Positions 43,823-54,765 of a DNA stretch of 64,000 bases are shown here, piece by piece. How positions within the stretch are numbered: the stretch's first letter is position 1; the number at the start of each line of letters is the position of its first letter. The DNA comes from an uncultured delta proteobacterium (lineage in GTDB: Bacteria; Myxococcota_A; Polyangia; Palsa-1104), in NCBI GenBank assembly GCA_963785725.1, contig CAWAWS010000047.1, positions 64,001 through 128,000 of the forward strand. The letters run 5' to 3'. The notes under the pieces were generated by a model, which was given only the letters and a program-made list of their open reading frames with translations, ran no database searches and was not told where the DNA came from. The translations under genes were made by a program, and so were the position numbers.

Positions 43823-44161
43823 ATGCGTAACCTAGTGCTAATCAGTACGCTGCTTTTGTCAGGCGTGGCGGCTGCGCAAGCGGCCACCCCAGTGGCCGGT
43901 GACCAAAAAGAAGACATTCGGGTGCTGGGACGCCTCAACGTCAACGAAGCAAGCCGCGAGCAGCTGCTGACGGTGCCGGGGCTCGACCCGGTCGTCGTGG
44001 ACACGCTCCTGGCTCAGCGAAAGAAGGCGCCGCTCGACAAGAATGCGCTCGTCGTGTTGCCGGCAGAGGCGGCGTCCCATTTGAAAGCGGGCGGCTCGTC
44101 CGACTATCGCCGTATCCGCCTGTTGCCACTGCAAGTGCTGATGGCGCGGGCTTCGCTCTGA
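43823..44161 (+). CDS. Exported helix-hairpin-helix protein (ComEA-like)
   Basis: Signal peptide, then LNVNEASREQLLTVPGL; GAGG SD before ATG 43823. Confidence 0.8.
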   Translation: MRNLVLISTLLLSGVAAAQAATPVAGDQKEDIRVLGRLNVNEASREQLLTVPGLDPVVVDTLLAQRKKAPLDKNALVVLPAEAASHLKAGGSSDYRRIRLLPLQVLMARASL

Positions 44162-44255
44162 TCGCTCGCTCCGTCGCCTCGCACCTCATGGCGTTTTAAG
44201 GCCGCTCGCTCCGAGCGCCGAACCTCGCTGTCCGAAAATCTAAACAAATAGGCAC

Positions 44256-44290
44256 AAAAAAAGGGCCCCGGTTTCCCAGGGCCCTTCTTT
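44256..44290 (-). terminator. Intrinsic terminator of groESL (possibly bidirectional)
   Basis: Stem AAGGGCCC/GGGCCCTT with a 7-nt U tract on the minus strand and TTCTTT on the plus strand. Confidence 0.88.
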
Positions 44291-44315
44291 GCTCCGTGAA
44301 GCTGGAGCGGCGAGC

Positions 44316-45989
<1,674 letters not shown>

Positions 45990-46280
45990 TTATTTCTCTA
46001 CGATGGCGAGGATTTCGTCCTCGCGAAGGATGAGGTGCTCGACGCCATCGACCGAAATCTCGGTGCCGGAATACTTACCGAACAGGACGCGGTCGCCCTT
46101 CTTGACGTCGAGCGGGCGCAGCTTGCCGTCGTCGTTGAACTTGCCGTTACCGACGGCGATGACTTCGCCCTCGACCGGCTTTTCCTTGGCGCTGTCGGGG
46201 ATGATGATGCCCCCCTTGGTCTTCTCTTCCTCAGCCAGCCGCTTGACAACGAGCCGGTCCTGAAGCGGTCGAATATTCAT
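45990..46280 (-). CDS. groS: Co-chaperonin GroES
   Basis: [20 protein letters not shown] and GKYSGTE; GGAGG SD 6 nt before ATG 46280. Confidence 0.99.
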   Translation of the reverse strand: MNIRPLQDRLVVKRLAEEEKTKGGIIIPDSAKEKPVEGEVIAVGNGKFNDDGKLRPLDVKKGDRVLFGKYSGTEISVDGVEHLILREDEILAIVEK

Positions 46281-46319
46281 CACTCTCCTCCAGTTGGGGA
46301 ATCCGTTACCGGACGATCG

Positions 46320-46346
46320 TTAGCACTCACGTCGAGTGAGTGCTAA
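46320..46346. promoter_or_regulatory. CIRCE element (HrcA operator)
   Basis: Perfect TTAGCACTC-N9-GAGTGCTAA upstream of groES. Confidence 0.98.
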
Positions 46347-46574
46347 CAGGGCGGCATGTTAAGCATTGCGATTTTTCACGCAAGGCCCTTTCCGTCGTTT
46401 TTCCTGCTGCTTGCAGAATAGTCACAGCGTCGCGAAATGTAATCCACAGTCGCATAACATCGAAAGTGAAACAGCCTCGCGAACAGCCCTCTACTCAACT
46501 GGAAACAAAGCGGAAATTGAAGTTTGGGAGGGAGTGGCCGATGATCCAGGTGTCGACTTGGAGGTCTCCCTGCG

Positions 46575-47138
46575 ATGGATTTGAAGCTCACTACCTCGAT
46601 CGCCGAATTCTTCCAGGACCGTATCGCCGATGCCATGCGCAACCAGGGCCTCGATGCGACCACACCGACCGAGTGCTACTTGGTCAGCCTGCTGTCCGAC
46701 TACACGACTTCGCCGCCGGATGACGAGCCGTTGGCGCTCAAGTTGGCGCGCGCCGTTCAATCGCCGGATGAACGCGTTCGGCAGCTCAAAGAGGTCGGTG
46801 ATACATCGCTCTACTTGTCGGGCTTTTTCGCCGACTCGATACAGCGCCGGCTGGTCGACGTCGACTACTACATTCAGATGGGCGGCGCCGCCTACAGCGA
46901 GCTGGCGCGCTATTTCCGCGGCAACCCGAACTCGCAGGTATTCGGAGAGGTCTACGACGAGCTGGGCAAGAAATTCCCGCGCTTCGTCGACGTGTTCGCC
47001 GAGGTGAGCGAGGGTTCGACGACGTCCGATCACGACCTCGTGCATTTGTACGAGCGTTGGCTGCGCACGGGCTCGGAATGGATGGAGCGGCGCCTGCGCG
47101 CGCAAGGCGTCATTCCGCGCAAAGGGGATTTGCAGTAG
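46575..47138 (+). CDS. Conserved-looking hypothetical cytoplasmic protein
   Basis: GGAGG SD, typical codon usage and block LKEVGDTSLYLSGFF...VDVDYYIQMGGAAY. Confidence 0.82.
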   Translation: MDLKLTTSIAEFFQDRIADAMRNQGLDATTPTECYLVSLLSDYTTSPPDDEPLALKLARAVQSPDERVRQLKEVGDTSLYLSGFFADSIQRRLVDVDYYIQMGGAAYSELARYFRGNPNSQVFGEVYDELGKKFPRFVDVFAEVSEGSTTSDHDLVHLYERWLRTGSEWMERRLRAQGVIPRKGDLQ

Positions 47139-47785
47139 TGCCTGCCGTCCTGCGCGCCTTGCAGGGCGGATTGGAATCGATGTATCGAGTCGAGACCGAT
47201 CTGGACGTCTGCGACTTTCTCATCGACGGCGAAGGCCGCGACGGCCATCAACTGGAGCGCACACCGCGCGAGCAACTGCTCGTGAAACAGGGTGGCGACG
47301 ACTTGGAGCTCGGTCTCTTCGTCGACGAACGAACCTTGGAGAATCTGGCGATGCGCGATCCGCGCCGCCGACTCGATGCGGACAACTTGCAAGACTTCCT
47401 GCTCGCGGTCGAGGGCGTGAGCCACTTCGTGTACATCGTGCATTGCGCGCGGCAGGAGCGTCACGTCTCGGCAGTCGAGCTCGAGCTGCAGGCGGAGGTC
47501 GACAAGTATCTCGTGGCGCTGCTCGTGACCTGGAACCAGACCGGTGAGCCTCCGAGCGACCTACGCGAGCGGCTGTTCTCGCGGGTGACGTTCGCGGGCG
47601 ATCTGTCACGCGAAGAGCGCGATCGATATCAGCTGGCGAATTCCGCGGCAGACGAGTACGCGGCGTCGTTGGAAGCTCGGTTCGTGCGCACACACTCGGT
47701 GACCGAGATGCTCGGTGAGGCGCGCGAGTTCTATCGCAAGGGACTCGCCGACAAGCTCGGCTACATCAGCCAGCTCGCAGCCTAA
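47138..47785 (+). CDS. Hypothetical protein, possible zincin-like fold
   Basis: TAGTG overlap with the upstream gene; motif VEGVSHF...ELELQAEVDKY. Confidence 0.8.
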   Translation: MPAVLRALQGGLESMYRVETDLDVCDFLIDGEGRDGHQLERTPREQLLVKQGGDDLELGLFVDERTLENLAMRDPRRRLDADNLQDFLLAVEGVSHFVYIVHCARQERHVSAVELELQAEVDKYLVALLVTWNQTGEPPSDLRERLFSRVTFAGDLSREERDRYQLANSAADEYAASLEARFVRTHSVTEMLGEAREFYRKGLADKLGYISQLAA

Positions 47786-47872
47786 GAAGCAAAGTCCTTT
47801 CGCCGCCACTAGGTCGCACGAAGGCACAAGCCTCGGGTCATCAGGCACACATCAGCACAGCCACCCCACGCG

Positions 47873-48805
47873 TCAGCCAGCTTGCCGCGTGGCGTGCGTG
47901 CGCTTCTTCGGCCGCGCCTTGGCGTGCTTCGGCTTCGTCGCGGCCGGCGGCTCCGGTGTCACTTCCGCCGGCTGCGTCGGCACCATGAGCTGCGACGGCA
48001 AGTGCGCAACCGGGGCCTCGCGCTCAGGAGGCGCCGTTGGCAACAGGACAGGCGTCGGCGGACGTCGCAACAGCGCCGTGCTGACGCCTGCGAGCGCAAT
48101 CAACGAGCACATGGCCAACGACGGCCAGAACACGCCGCGCAGCGTCCGAGAACCTCCTGGTCGCGCCTTCGCCGACGCCACCACCGCGTCGCTGGCCTCG
48201 AGCGCGCCCGGCGGCGGCACGTTGGCCATGATGTCGGTCGGCACGACTTCGTTCGTCGTGTCCTCGTTGAGGTCCACGAAGATGCGCAGTCGCGCCGCAC
48301 CGCCGCGCGTAACGTCGAGCCCAATCCACTGCACGCGTCCATCGCATGCGCGCTCCGGCGACAACTCAGTCGTCACTTGGCTCCCCAGCTTCAGCCACGG
48401 CAGCTCGGCTTCGATCATGACCCCGCGGTCGCTCAGGTCGCGCGCGCTGGCTCGCAATGGAGCGCTCAGCGCCGGCAAGTGAATGCGCACGTCTCGCCGG
48501 CCGAACAGCGTCGGTTCGCGCTTCTGTACGAGCCGCTGGATGCGCTGACGATCGGGATCGCCGAGACCGACGAATCGGACGGCCATCCCTTCATCGGCGT
48601 GGCGCACGACCTCGCCCTCGACATCGACCGGGTCGGCACCGTCGCGCAGGTTCACTTTCATGCGAATCTGCGCGCCGAGCTCGAGCGGAGTCTCGGCGGA
48701 CATGAGAATGCCGCCTGTGGACAGGTTGACGGACCGTGCGCGACCACCGCTGCCGAATTGGACGGTGGCATCATGTGCTACTCGCGGCGCATCTACCGAA
48801 CGCAT
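47873..48805 (-). CDS. Tandem PilZ-like domain protein with C-terminal TM helix
   Basis: NLSTGG...GEVVR...GMAVRF and a second DLSDRG...GRVQW unit; start 48805 or 48865. Confidence 0.78.
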   Translation of the reverse strand: MRSVDAPRVAHDATVQFGSGGRARSVNLSTGGILMSAETPLELGAQIRMKVNLRDGADPVDVEGEVVRHADEGMAVRFVGLGDPDRQRIQRLVQKREPTLFGRRDVRIHLPALSAPLRASARDLSDRGVMIEAELPWLKLGSQVTTELSPERACDGRVQWIGLDVTRGGAARLRIFVDLNEDTTNEVVPTDIMANVPPPGALEASDAVVASAKARPGGSRTLRGVFWPSLAMCSLIALAGVSTALLRRPPTPVLLPTAPPEREAPVAHLPSQLMVPTQPAEVTPEPPAATKPKHAKARPKKRTHATRQAG

Positions 48806-48924
48806 GCTACCGGTTACGCAAGTATCGTTCCGCTCCGTAAGGCCCGAAAATCCTAGATCTTGCATCGCGACACTCTCCGGATTTCGGAGGCCGGTACGGT
48901 TTCCGGTGCGCTCCGATACGTTCC

Positions 48925-49575
48925 TTAGAGCTTCGTCGCGAGATCCTTCCGTTGCAACTTTGCTGTCGTCGTCAAAAGCTCCGGCTCTTTGGCGATACCC
49001 ATCGTAATGACGAGCTTGAAGGCCTGTTGCACCGGCATATCGAGCTCGCGGACCAGCTTTCGCTCGACCAGCAAATAGAACCCGGACGTCGGATTAGGAG
49101 TCGTCGGCACGAACACGCTGACTAGCTCCTGGCCGTCGCGCGACAAGATCGGCACATGGCTCGACGTCACGAACGCGATCGAGAAGATCCCTTGGCGCGG
49201 ATATTCGATCAGCACGGCGCGGTTGAAGCTGTCGGCGCCTTGCGCGAACACCGACTCGAAGACCTGCTTGATGAGCCCGTACGTGCCACCGAACAGCGGA
49301 ACCCGTTGGAAGCTGCGATCGAAGAACGCGACCAATCGACGACCGACGAAGTTGTGCGCAAAGACGCCGAACAGGAGCGCGAGCACGAGGACGCTGAGCA
49401 CGCCGAGCCCCGGCATCGGATAGCCGAATGGCTTCGGCCGATAGGCGTCGGGGAAAAGGCCGTCGATGCCGCTGACGATTAGATACACGAGGTAGGCGGT
49501 GCCGACGACCGGCGCCAGCAACACCATGCCGGTGATCAACTCGTTCTTGAGGAGGCTCCCGAAGCGCTTGATCAC
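48925..49575 (-). CDS. DUF502 domain membrane protein
   Basis: LIEYPRQG and VFVPTTPNPTSGF. Confidence 0.9.
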   Translation of the reverse strand: MIKRFGSLLKNELITGMVLLAPVVGTAYLVYLIVSGIDGLFPDAYRPKPFGYPMPGLGVLSVLVLALLFGVFAHNFVGRRLVAFFDRSFQRVPLFGGTYGLIKQVFESVFAQGADSFNRAVLIEYPRQGIFSIAFVTSSHVPILSRDGQELVSVFVPTTPNPTSGFYLLVERKLVRELDMPVQQAFKLVITMGIAKEPELLTTTAKLQRKDLATKL

Positions 49576-49585
49576 GGGCGCGAGT

Positions 49586-50440
49586 CTACGGGGCGAGTAG
49601 CAGATTGTCGATGAGTCGCGTGTTGCCGACGAATGCCGCGATCGCCATCACCGCCGGACGGATCACTTCGCCGCTCAAAAGCTCCAGTGATTCGCCGTCG
49701 CGCAGCTCGAGGTAATCGAGCCGAACACCGGCGCCGGCGTCGACCAGCTGACGAGCTTTCGCCAACAGCGTCGGCGCGTCTCGCTCGCCGCCAGTAAAGG
49801 CAGAATGAGCCGCGCCGAGCGCGCGCGACAAGGCCAAGGCACGACTACGCTCGTCGGCCGACAGATACGCGTTCCGCGACGACATGGCCAAACCGTCGGG
49901 CTCGCGCACGATCGGCATGCCCACGATCTCGCTGGAAACGTCGAGATCGCGCGCCATGCGACGAATGACCTGGAGCTGCTGATAGTCCTTCATCCCGAAC
50001 AGCGCAACGGTCGGCTGAACGATATTGAGCAGCTTGAGAACGACCGTCGCCACACCGCGAAAATGGCCCGGCCTACTCGCGCCGCACAATCCCTGCTGCA
50101 GCCGCTCGACTTCGACGAACGTCTGATATCCGTCGGGATACATCGAAGCCGCATCCGGTACGTAGGCCACGTCGACGCCGGCACGCTCGGCCTTTGCCAA
50201 GTCGCCCTCGAGATCGCGCGGATAGCGCGACAGATCTTCTTTAGGCCCGAACTGTGTCGGGTTTACGAAGATCGAGAGCACCAGGATATCGCCGCGCCGC
50301 CGCCCCTCCTCGAGCAACGAAACGTGACCGTCGTGCAGGTAGCCCATCGTGGGGACGAACGCGATCCGCTTGCCGGCGACGCGCCACGCGTCGGAACGCG
50401 CGCGCATCGCCGACGGCGTCTTGACGATTTCGACCGTCAC
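49586..50440 (-). CDS. panC: Pantoate--beta-alanine ligase
   Basis: [36 protein letters not shown] and RLIDN. Confidence 0.98.
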   Translation of the reverse strand: MTVEIVKTPSAMRARSDAWRVAGKRIAFVPTMGYLHDGHVSLLEEGRRRGDILVLSIFVNPTQFGPKEDLSRYPRDLEGDLAKAERAGVDVAYVPDAASMYPDGYQTFVEVERLQQGLCGASRPGHFRGVATVVLKLLNIVQPTVALFGMKDYQQLQVIRRMARDLDVSSEIVGMPIVREPDGLAMSSRNAYLSADERSRALALSRALGAAHSAFTGGERDAPTLLAKARQLVDAGAGVRLDYLELRDGESLELLSGEVIRPAVMAIAAFVGNTRLIDNLLLAP

Positions 50441-51384
50441 GTCTTGCGTGGAAACGGCAGCGGAATACAGGCTGCGCCGCTGGCGTCGGGATCGCGATCG
50501 CCGCCGTTCGCCGCCGCCGCGCGCACCGAGCCGTACGGCGTCGCCGATTCCGCACGCTGCGGAACGTCCTTCGAGAAGCTGTGCTCGACGTCGGGGAACT
50601 GCTCGTTGCGCACTTCGTTGATGTATTGCTCGACCGCGGTGCGAATGCGCACGGCGAGATTGTCATAGCGCTTGACGAACTTGGGGCGGAACTCCTCGTT
50701 CATGCCCAACAGGTCGTAGATGACGAGGACTTGCCCGTCACAGTGCACGCCGGCGCCGATGCCAATGGTCGGGATCGAGATGGCGTCGGTGATCTGCTGC
50801 GCGAGCTCGTGCGGAATACCTTCGAGCACGATCGAATAACAGCCCGCCTGCTCGAGCGCGCGTGCATCGGCGAGGAGCTGCTTGGCTTGCGCATCCGAGC
50901 GCCCTTGAACTTTGAAGCCGCCCATCGAGTGCAGCGACTGCGGAGTGAGCCCGATGTGGCCCATGACCGGGATGCCGATGCGCGACAGGCGCGAAGCGAG
51001 CTCGGCGTATTCGGCGCCGCCTTCGAGCTTCACAGCCTCGGCGCCGCCCTCTTTCACCAAGCGACCGGCGTTGCGAATGCCGTCTTCGAGCGAAGCCTGA
51101 TACGACATGAAGGGCATATCGCCGACGACCTGCGCACGCTCGGTGCCGCGCTTGACGGAGCGACAGTGATAAATCATCTCCTCCATCGTGACGGGCAGCG
51201 TGTTGCCACTGCCCTGCACCACCATGCCCAGCGAATCACCGACGAGGATGATATCGATTCCGGCTTGATCGACGAGACGCGCGAAGCTGGCGTCGTAGGC
51301 GGTGAGCATCGAAATCTTGTGATGCTCCGACTTCATCTTGGCGAGCGTGTTGATCGTGACTTTCGAGGCCGTGTTCGTCTTCAT
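50437..51384 (-). CDS. panB: 3-methyl-2-oxobutanoate hydroxymethyltransferase
   Basis: [26 protein letters not shown] and IGIGAG. Confidence 0.98.
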   Translation of the reverse strand: MKTNTASKVTINTLAKMKSEHHKISMLTAYDASFARLVDQAGIDIILVGDSLGMVVQGSGNTLPVTMEEMIYHCRSVKRGTERAQVVGDMPFMSYQASLEDGIRNAGRLVKEGGAEAVKLEGGAEYAELASRLSRIGIPVMGHIGLTPQSLHSMGGFKVQGRSDAQAKQLLADARALEQAGCYSIVLEGIPHELAQQITDAISIPTIGIGAGVHCDGQVLVIYDLLGMNEEFRPKFVKRYDNLAVRIRTAVEQYINEVRNEQFPDVEHSFSKDVPQRAESATPYGSVRAAAANGGDRDPDASGAACIPLPFPRKT

Positions 51385-51405
51385 GGTCCACCTCCGTCTC
51401 GGTCC

Positions 51406-52047
51406 CTATCGGGATCCAAGCGGGCTGTAGTGGGAGACGCCTGCCTTGGTGCGCTGGATGACCGCTACGAGATCGTCGAGCTCAGCTCGGCTCTCCACGA
51501 AGTCGATCTCCGACGTGTTGACCACCAACAGCGGACTATCTCCGTAGTGAAAGAAGAACTCTGCGTAAGCTTGCGCCACCCTTTCGATATAGTCACGCGG
51601 CGGGGTCCTTACGCCGTCCGCGCGTCGCTTCAAACGGGACAAAAGCACGTCGGGCCGTGCTTGTAAATATACCACCAGATCCGGCCGCGGCACTTGCGCA
51701 CCCAAGAGGCCGTAGATCTTGTCGTACAGCGTCAATTCGTCGCGACTGAGGTTCAACTGCGCGAAAATGCGGTCACGCGCAAATAAGTGGTCGCTGACGA
51801 CGCCGCCGCGCGCGAACAGATCTTGCTGATGTACGTCGTGTTTTTGCTGATAACGCGACAGCAAAAAGTAGAGCTGCGCTTGAAAGGCGTGGCGCTTCGG
51901 ATCGTCGTAGAAGTCGGTCAGGAACGGGTTGTTCGTCGACTCCAACACTTCGCGTGCGCCGAGCTTCGCCGACAGCAGCCGCGCGAAAGCGGTCTTGCCC
52001 ACGCCGAGAGGTCCTTCGATGACGAGGTAGCGAGGGCCCACGTCCAC
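51406..52047 (-). CDS. Deoxynucleoside kinase family protein
   Basis: IEGPLGVGKT, QLYFLLSRYQQ and PDLVVYLQA. Confidence 0.9.
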   Translation of the reverse strand: MDVGPRYLVIEGPLGVGKTAFARLLSAKLGAREVLESTNNPFLTDFYDDPKRHAFQAQLYFLLSRYQQKHDVHQQDLFARGGVVSDHLFARDRIFAQLNLSRDELTLYDKIYGLLGAQVPRPDLVVYLQARPDVLLSRLKRRADGVRTPPRDYIERVAQAYAEFFFHYGDSPLLVVNTSEIDFVESRAELDDLVAVIQRTKAGVSHYSPLGSR

Positions 52048-52087
52048 TCGCGCAATATAGGATCAATCGTCGGAAGCGTCTACGCGC

Positions 52088-53206
52088 CTATTCGGTCGTT
52101 TTAGCGCTGCGGCGGCCTGCGAGTGGGATCGTAAAAGCCCCCGAAGCCGGCCGGCGTTTAGGTAAATCGGCGCGTTGCAGCGATTTGTCCAGGCAATCGG
52201 CGGCTGGATGATCGGGCCGCGTACGAATGCCGGACTTCGTCCACATCAAGCCGACGCGTAAGACCTCGGGTCCCGGCAGGCAGTCTTCGAGTTGGAGCAG
52301 CAGTGGACCCAACGCGCGCGCAATGATCAGCGGATCGCCCGGCGCACCATCGATCTCGCGCGGGTCGAGCTCCAGCTCGAAGTCGGTCAGCTTTTGACGG
52401 GCGAGCTCGATGTACGGGCTGTCGGGCAGCTTGCCGACGAAGCGGCGCATTTCGACGCGCGCTTCGGCGATCGCCCCACGAGCAGCCCAACCGAGCGCAC
52501 GATAATAGTGCTCATCACCGGCGGGCACGAAGACGTAGTCGCCGCTGTTCAAGCTGTACAGCACCGGATCGAGCGAGAGGACGGCATCGACCTCGGCGCG
52601 CGACTTGTCGACTTGGCCGTCACGATCGAGCGCCACCGCCAGCGCCAAGCGCACGACTGGCTTGTCTGGCGCGAGCGCGACGGCCGAGCGATATTCGTCG
52701 ATCGCTTCGGCCAATCGACCGACGGCCATCAGCTCGTCGGCGAGATCGTAGTGAACCAAGTAACGGTTCTGAGGCGGCAATCCGCCCATCGCTTCGAGCG
52801 CGCGATGAGCCTCGATCGCGCCGGCCAGATCGCCGGTGACCTCCCGTGCAAAGCCGAGATGGAACGTAAGCGCCACGTCGGCGTCGTGGCTGGCGGGCTT
52901 GTCCGTCGCAACGAGGCGCGCCCGCTCCAGGACTTGACGAGCATCGTCGAGCTCGTGCGCCGCGAGCAGCGTTTCGCCGAGCGACTGCAGCACGTCGCGA
53001 TCATCGGGACAGAGCGTCGTCGCTTGGCGCAAGAGGTTGGCCGCATTCGTCGCCAAATCGTGAGCACGCGCCTGCTTTGCTTGCTCGAGCAGCACTGCAC
53101 AGCGCCGGCGTGCCGGATGCGCGATGTCGTCCCAAAGTGGCGCAGCGGATACGACGTGTGTCGACGTGACGAGAACGAGCGCGATCATCGAACAGAATCG
53201 CGTCAT
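52088..53206 (-). CDS. Exported tetratricopeptide repeat protein
   Basis: Signal peptide from ATG 53206 (ATGA overlap) and TPR helices; paralog of the upstream gene. Confidence 0.8.
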   Translation of the reverse strand: MTRFCSMIALVLVTSTHVVSAAPLWDDIAHPARRRCAVLLEQAKQARAHDLATNAANLLRQATTLCPDDRDVLQSLGETLLAAHELDDARQVLERARLVATDKPASHDADVALTFHLGFAREVTGDLAGAIEAHRALEAMGGLPPQNRYLVHYDLADELMAVGRLAEAIDEYRSAVALAPDKPVVRLALAVALDRDGQVDKSRAEVDAVLSLDPVLYSLNSGDYVFVPAGDEHYYRALGWAARGAIAEARVEMRRFVGKLPDSPYIELARQKLTDFELELDPREIDGAPGDPLIIARALGPLLLQLEDCLPGPEVLRVGLMWTKSGIRTRPDHPAADCLDKSLQRADLPKRRPASGAFTIPLAGRRSAKTTE

Positions 53207-54447
53207 TTGCCGCCGAATAGCAGCGTGAGGATGACTTCCTCGGCCTCCATGTTGTCGCTGAGCGGGAAACGCCACGCCGACGCAGTCAGCTCGACACAAT
53301 GTCCGAGCGAGCTCTCGTCGACGGTGGACATCAGCACGTGCGCCCGCGCGGCCAGCACGCCCGATGGGTCGATGAGCATTTGCAGCTGCATCTCGCCACG
53401 AGAAGAAGGATCGACGCGCAGCGTGCGCGCATAACACAAGCGCAGCTCTTCTTCGTGCAGCTGGATGACGTCACGCAGCTCGGACGCGGTGCGCACTCCA
53501 CGAAGGTCGACGACATCACCGACGAGAACATGCACGCGCGCCGGATCGACCGACGGACCGCCGCCGTTCCGTTTGAGCTCGGCGAGATGTGCGCGCGCAC
53601 GTCGCACATACGGTGAGGCGGGCGATTCGGCGATGAACGCGCGCCACGCCGCTACCGCGAGCTCGCGATCGCCGGCGATTTCGTGGCCCAACGCTTCGTA
53701 GTAGCGTTTGTCGCCGGTCGGCTCGAAGAAGACGCTGTCGTCCGCGAGATGCGCCATCGTCGGATCGAAGTCGAGCGCGCGCTGAATCGCTTGATGCGAC
53801 TTCTCGATCTGCTCGTCGCGATCGAGCGCCACGCCCAGCCCCCACTCGGCAAGCTCCCACTCGATGTCGCCTGCGATCGACACCGCTTCTGCTTGCCGAT
53901 AACGATCGATCGCCCGATCGAGATAGCCGAGCGCCATCAACGTCTCCGCCGAATTCCCGAGCAGCACCGAACGGCCGAGATCTTCGAACAGATTCGAGCG
54001 ACGAACCGGATCGATGAGCTTGAGCGAACGATCGTATTCGACGAGCGCCTCTTTGTAGGAGCCGATCCGCGACAGCAACAAGCCCAGCTCGGATGCAATT
54101 CGTTCCGCGTCAGCGCCGCTGCGATCGAGCTTGCGCGCTTCGTACAGCTCGTCGATCGCGCGTTGACAGGCGTTGGGACGACAAGCTTCCGGATGCTGCA
54201 AATCGGCGACGCTCAGCGCCTGCGCGAGCATGATGTGCGGCGTCGGATCGCGCGGCTTCTCGCGTGCCGCCTGCTCGCACAGCGCCTGCGCTTGATCGGC
54301 GAGCGTGAAGCGGCGATCGCGATCGCGGGTCTGCGACACCGCGCGCAGCAGCTGCTGCGCCTGCTCGATCAGCCCGGCGCGGGCCCGCGTCGGCAAGCAG
54401 ATGAGCACGATCGCGATGATGCAGGCGAGCGAGCGACGAATACGCAC
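53203..54447 (-). CDS. Exported TPR protein with C-terminal AgmX/PglI (TonB C-terminal-like) domain
   Basis: GTG 54447 gives a signal peptide; TPRs; C-terminal LRLCYARTLRVDPSSRG...IDPSG...GHCVELTASAWRFP. Confidence 0.8.
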   Translation of the reverse strand: MRIRRSLACIIAIVLICLPTRARAGLIEQAQQLLRAVSQTRDRDRRFTLADQAQALCEQAAREKPRDPTPHIMLAQALSVADLQHPEACRPNACQRAIDELYEARKLDRSGADAERIASELGLLLSRIGSYKEALVEYDRSLKLIDPVRRSNLFEDLGRSVLLGNSAETLMALGYLDRAIDRYRQAEAVSIAGDIEWELAEWGLGVALDRDEQIEKSHQAIQRALDFDPTMAHLADDSVFFEPTGDKRYYEALGHEIAGDRELAVAAWRAFIAESPASPYVRRARAHLAELKRNGGGPSVDPARVHVLVGDVVDLRGVRTASELRDVIQLHEEELRLCYARTLRVDPSSRGEMQLQMLIDPSGVLAARAHVLMSTVDESSLGHCVELTASAWRFPLSDNMEAEEVILTLLFGGK

Positions 54448-54507
54448 GTGCCTGAGTATACGTCGTCGATTGACCTCGCGCTGCGACGAGCCGTATAAGC
54501 GGTCGAG

Positions 54508-54765
54508 ATGCCGCGCACGCTCGGTCCCGGACTGCCCGCCGCAGGATTGGCGCTCGGCGTCTTCGGACTCGCGTTGTGGGTGGCGACGATCTCGATCGCG
54601 TCGCTCGATCTGCTCGTCGGTGGGCTGCTCGGGCTCGGCCTGGCCGCGGCCCTCGCCGGCTACGTTTTCGGCAGCAGCGAGCGCGTGCGACGGCTGTCCG
54701 TGCTGGCAATCGGCTGGAACGCCGCGGCCTTGGCCATCGTCGCGATCGTCTACACGGCCGCCTGA
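54508..54765 (+). CDS. Small hypothetical membrane protein (3 TM)
   Basis: 85-aa hydrophobic ORF filling the gap between the TPR gene and the DAHP synthase. Confidence 0.6.
   Translation: MPRTLGPGLPAAGLALGVFGLALWVATISIASLDLLVGGLLGLGLAAALAGYVFGSSERVRRLSVLAIGWNAAALAIVAIVYTAA

Noticed and set aside
44163..44230. Two short CGCTCGCTCCG...ACCTC repeats after the HhH gene as REP-like elements
   Set aside because: Only two imperfect copies, none noticed elsewhere in the window; cannot be supported without a genome-wide search.
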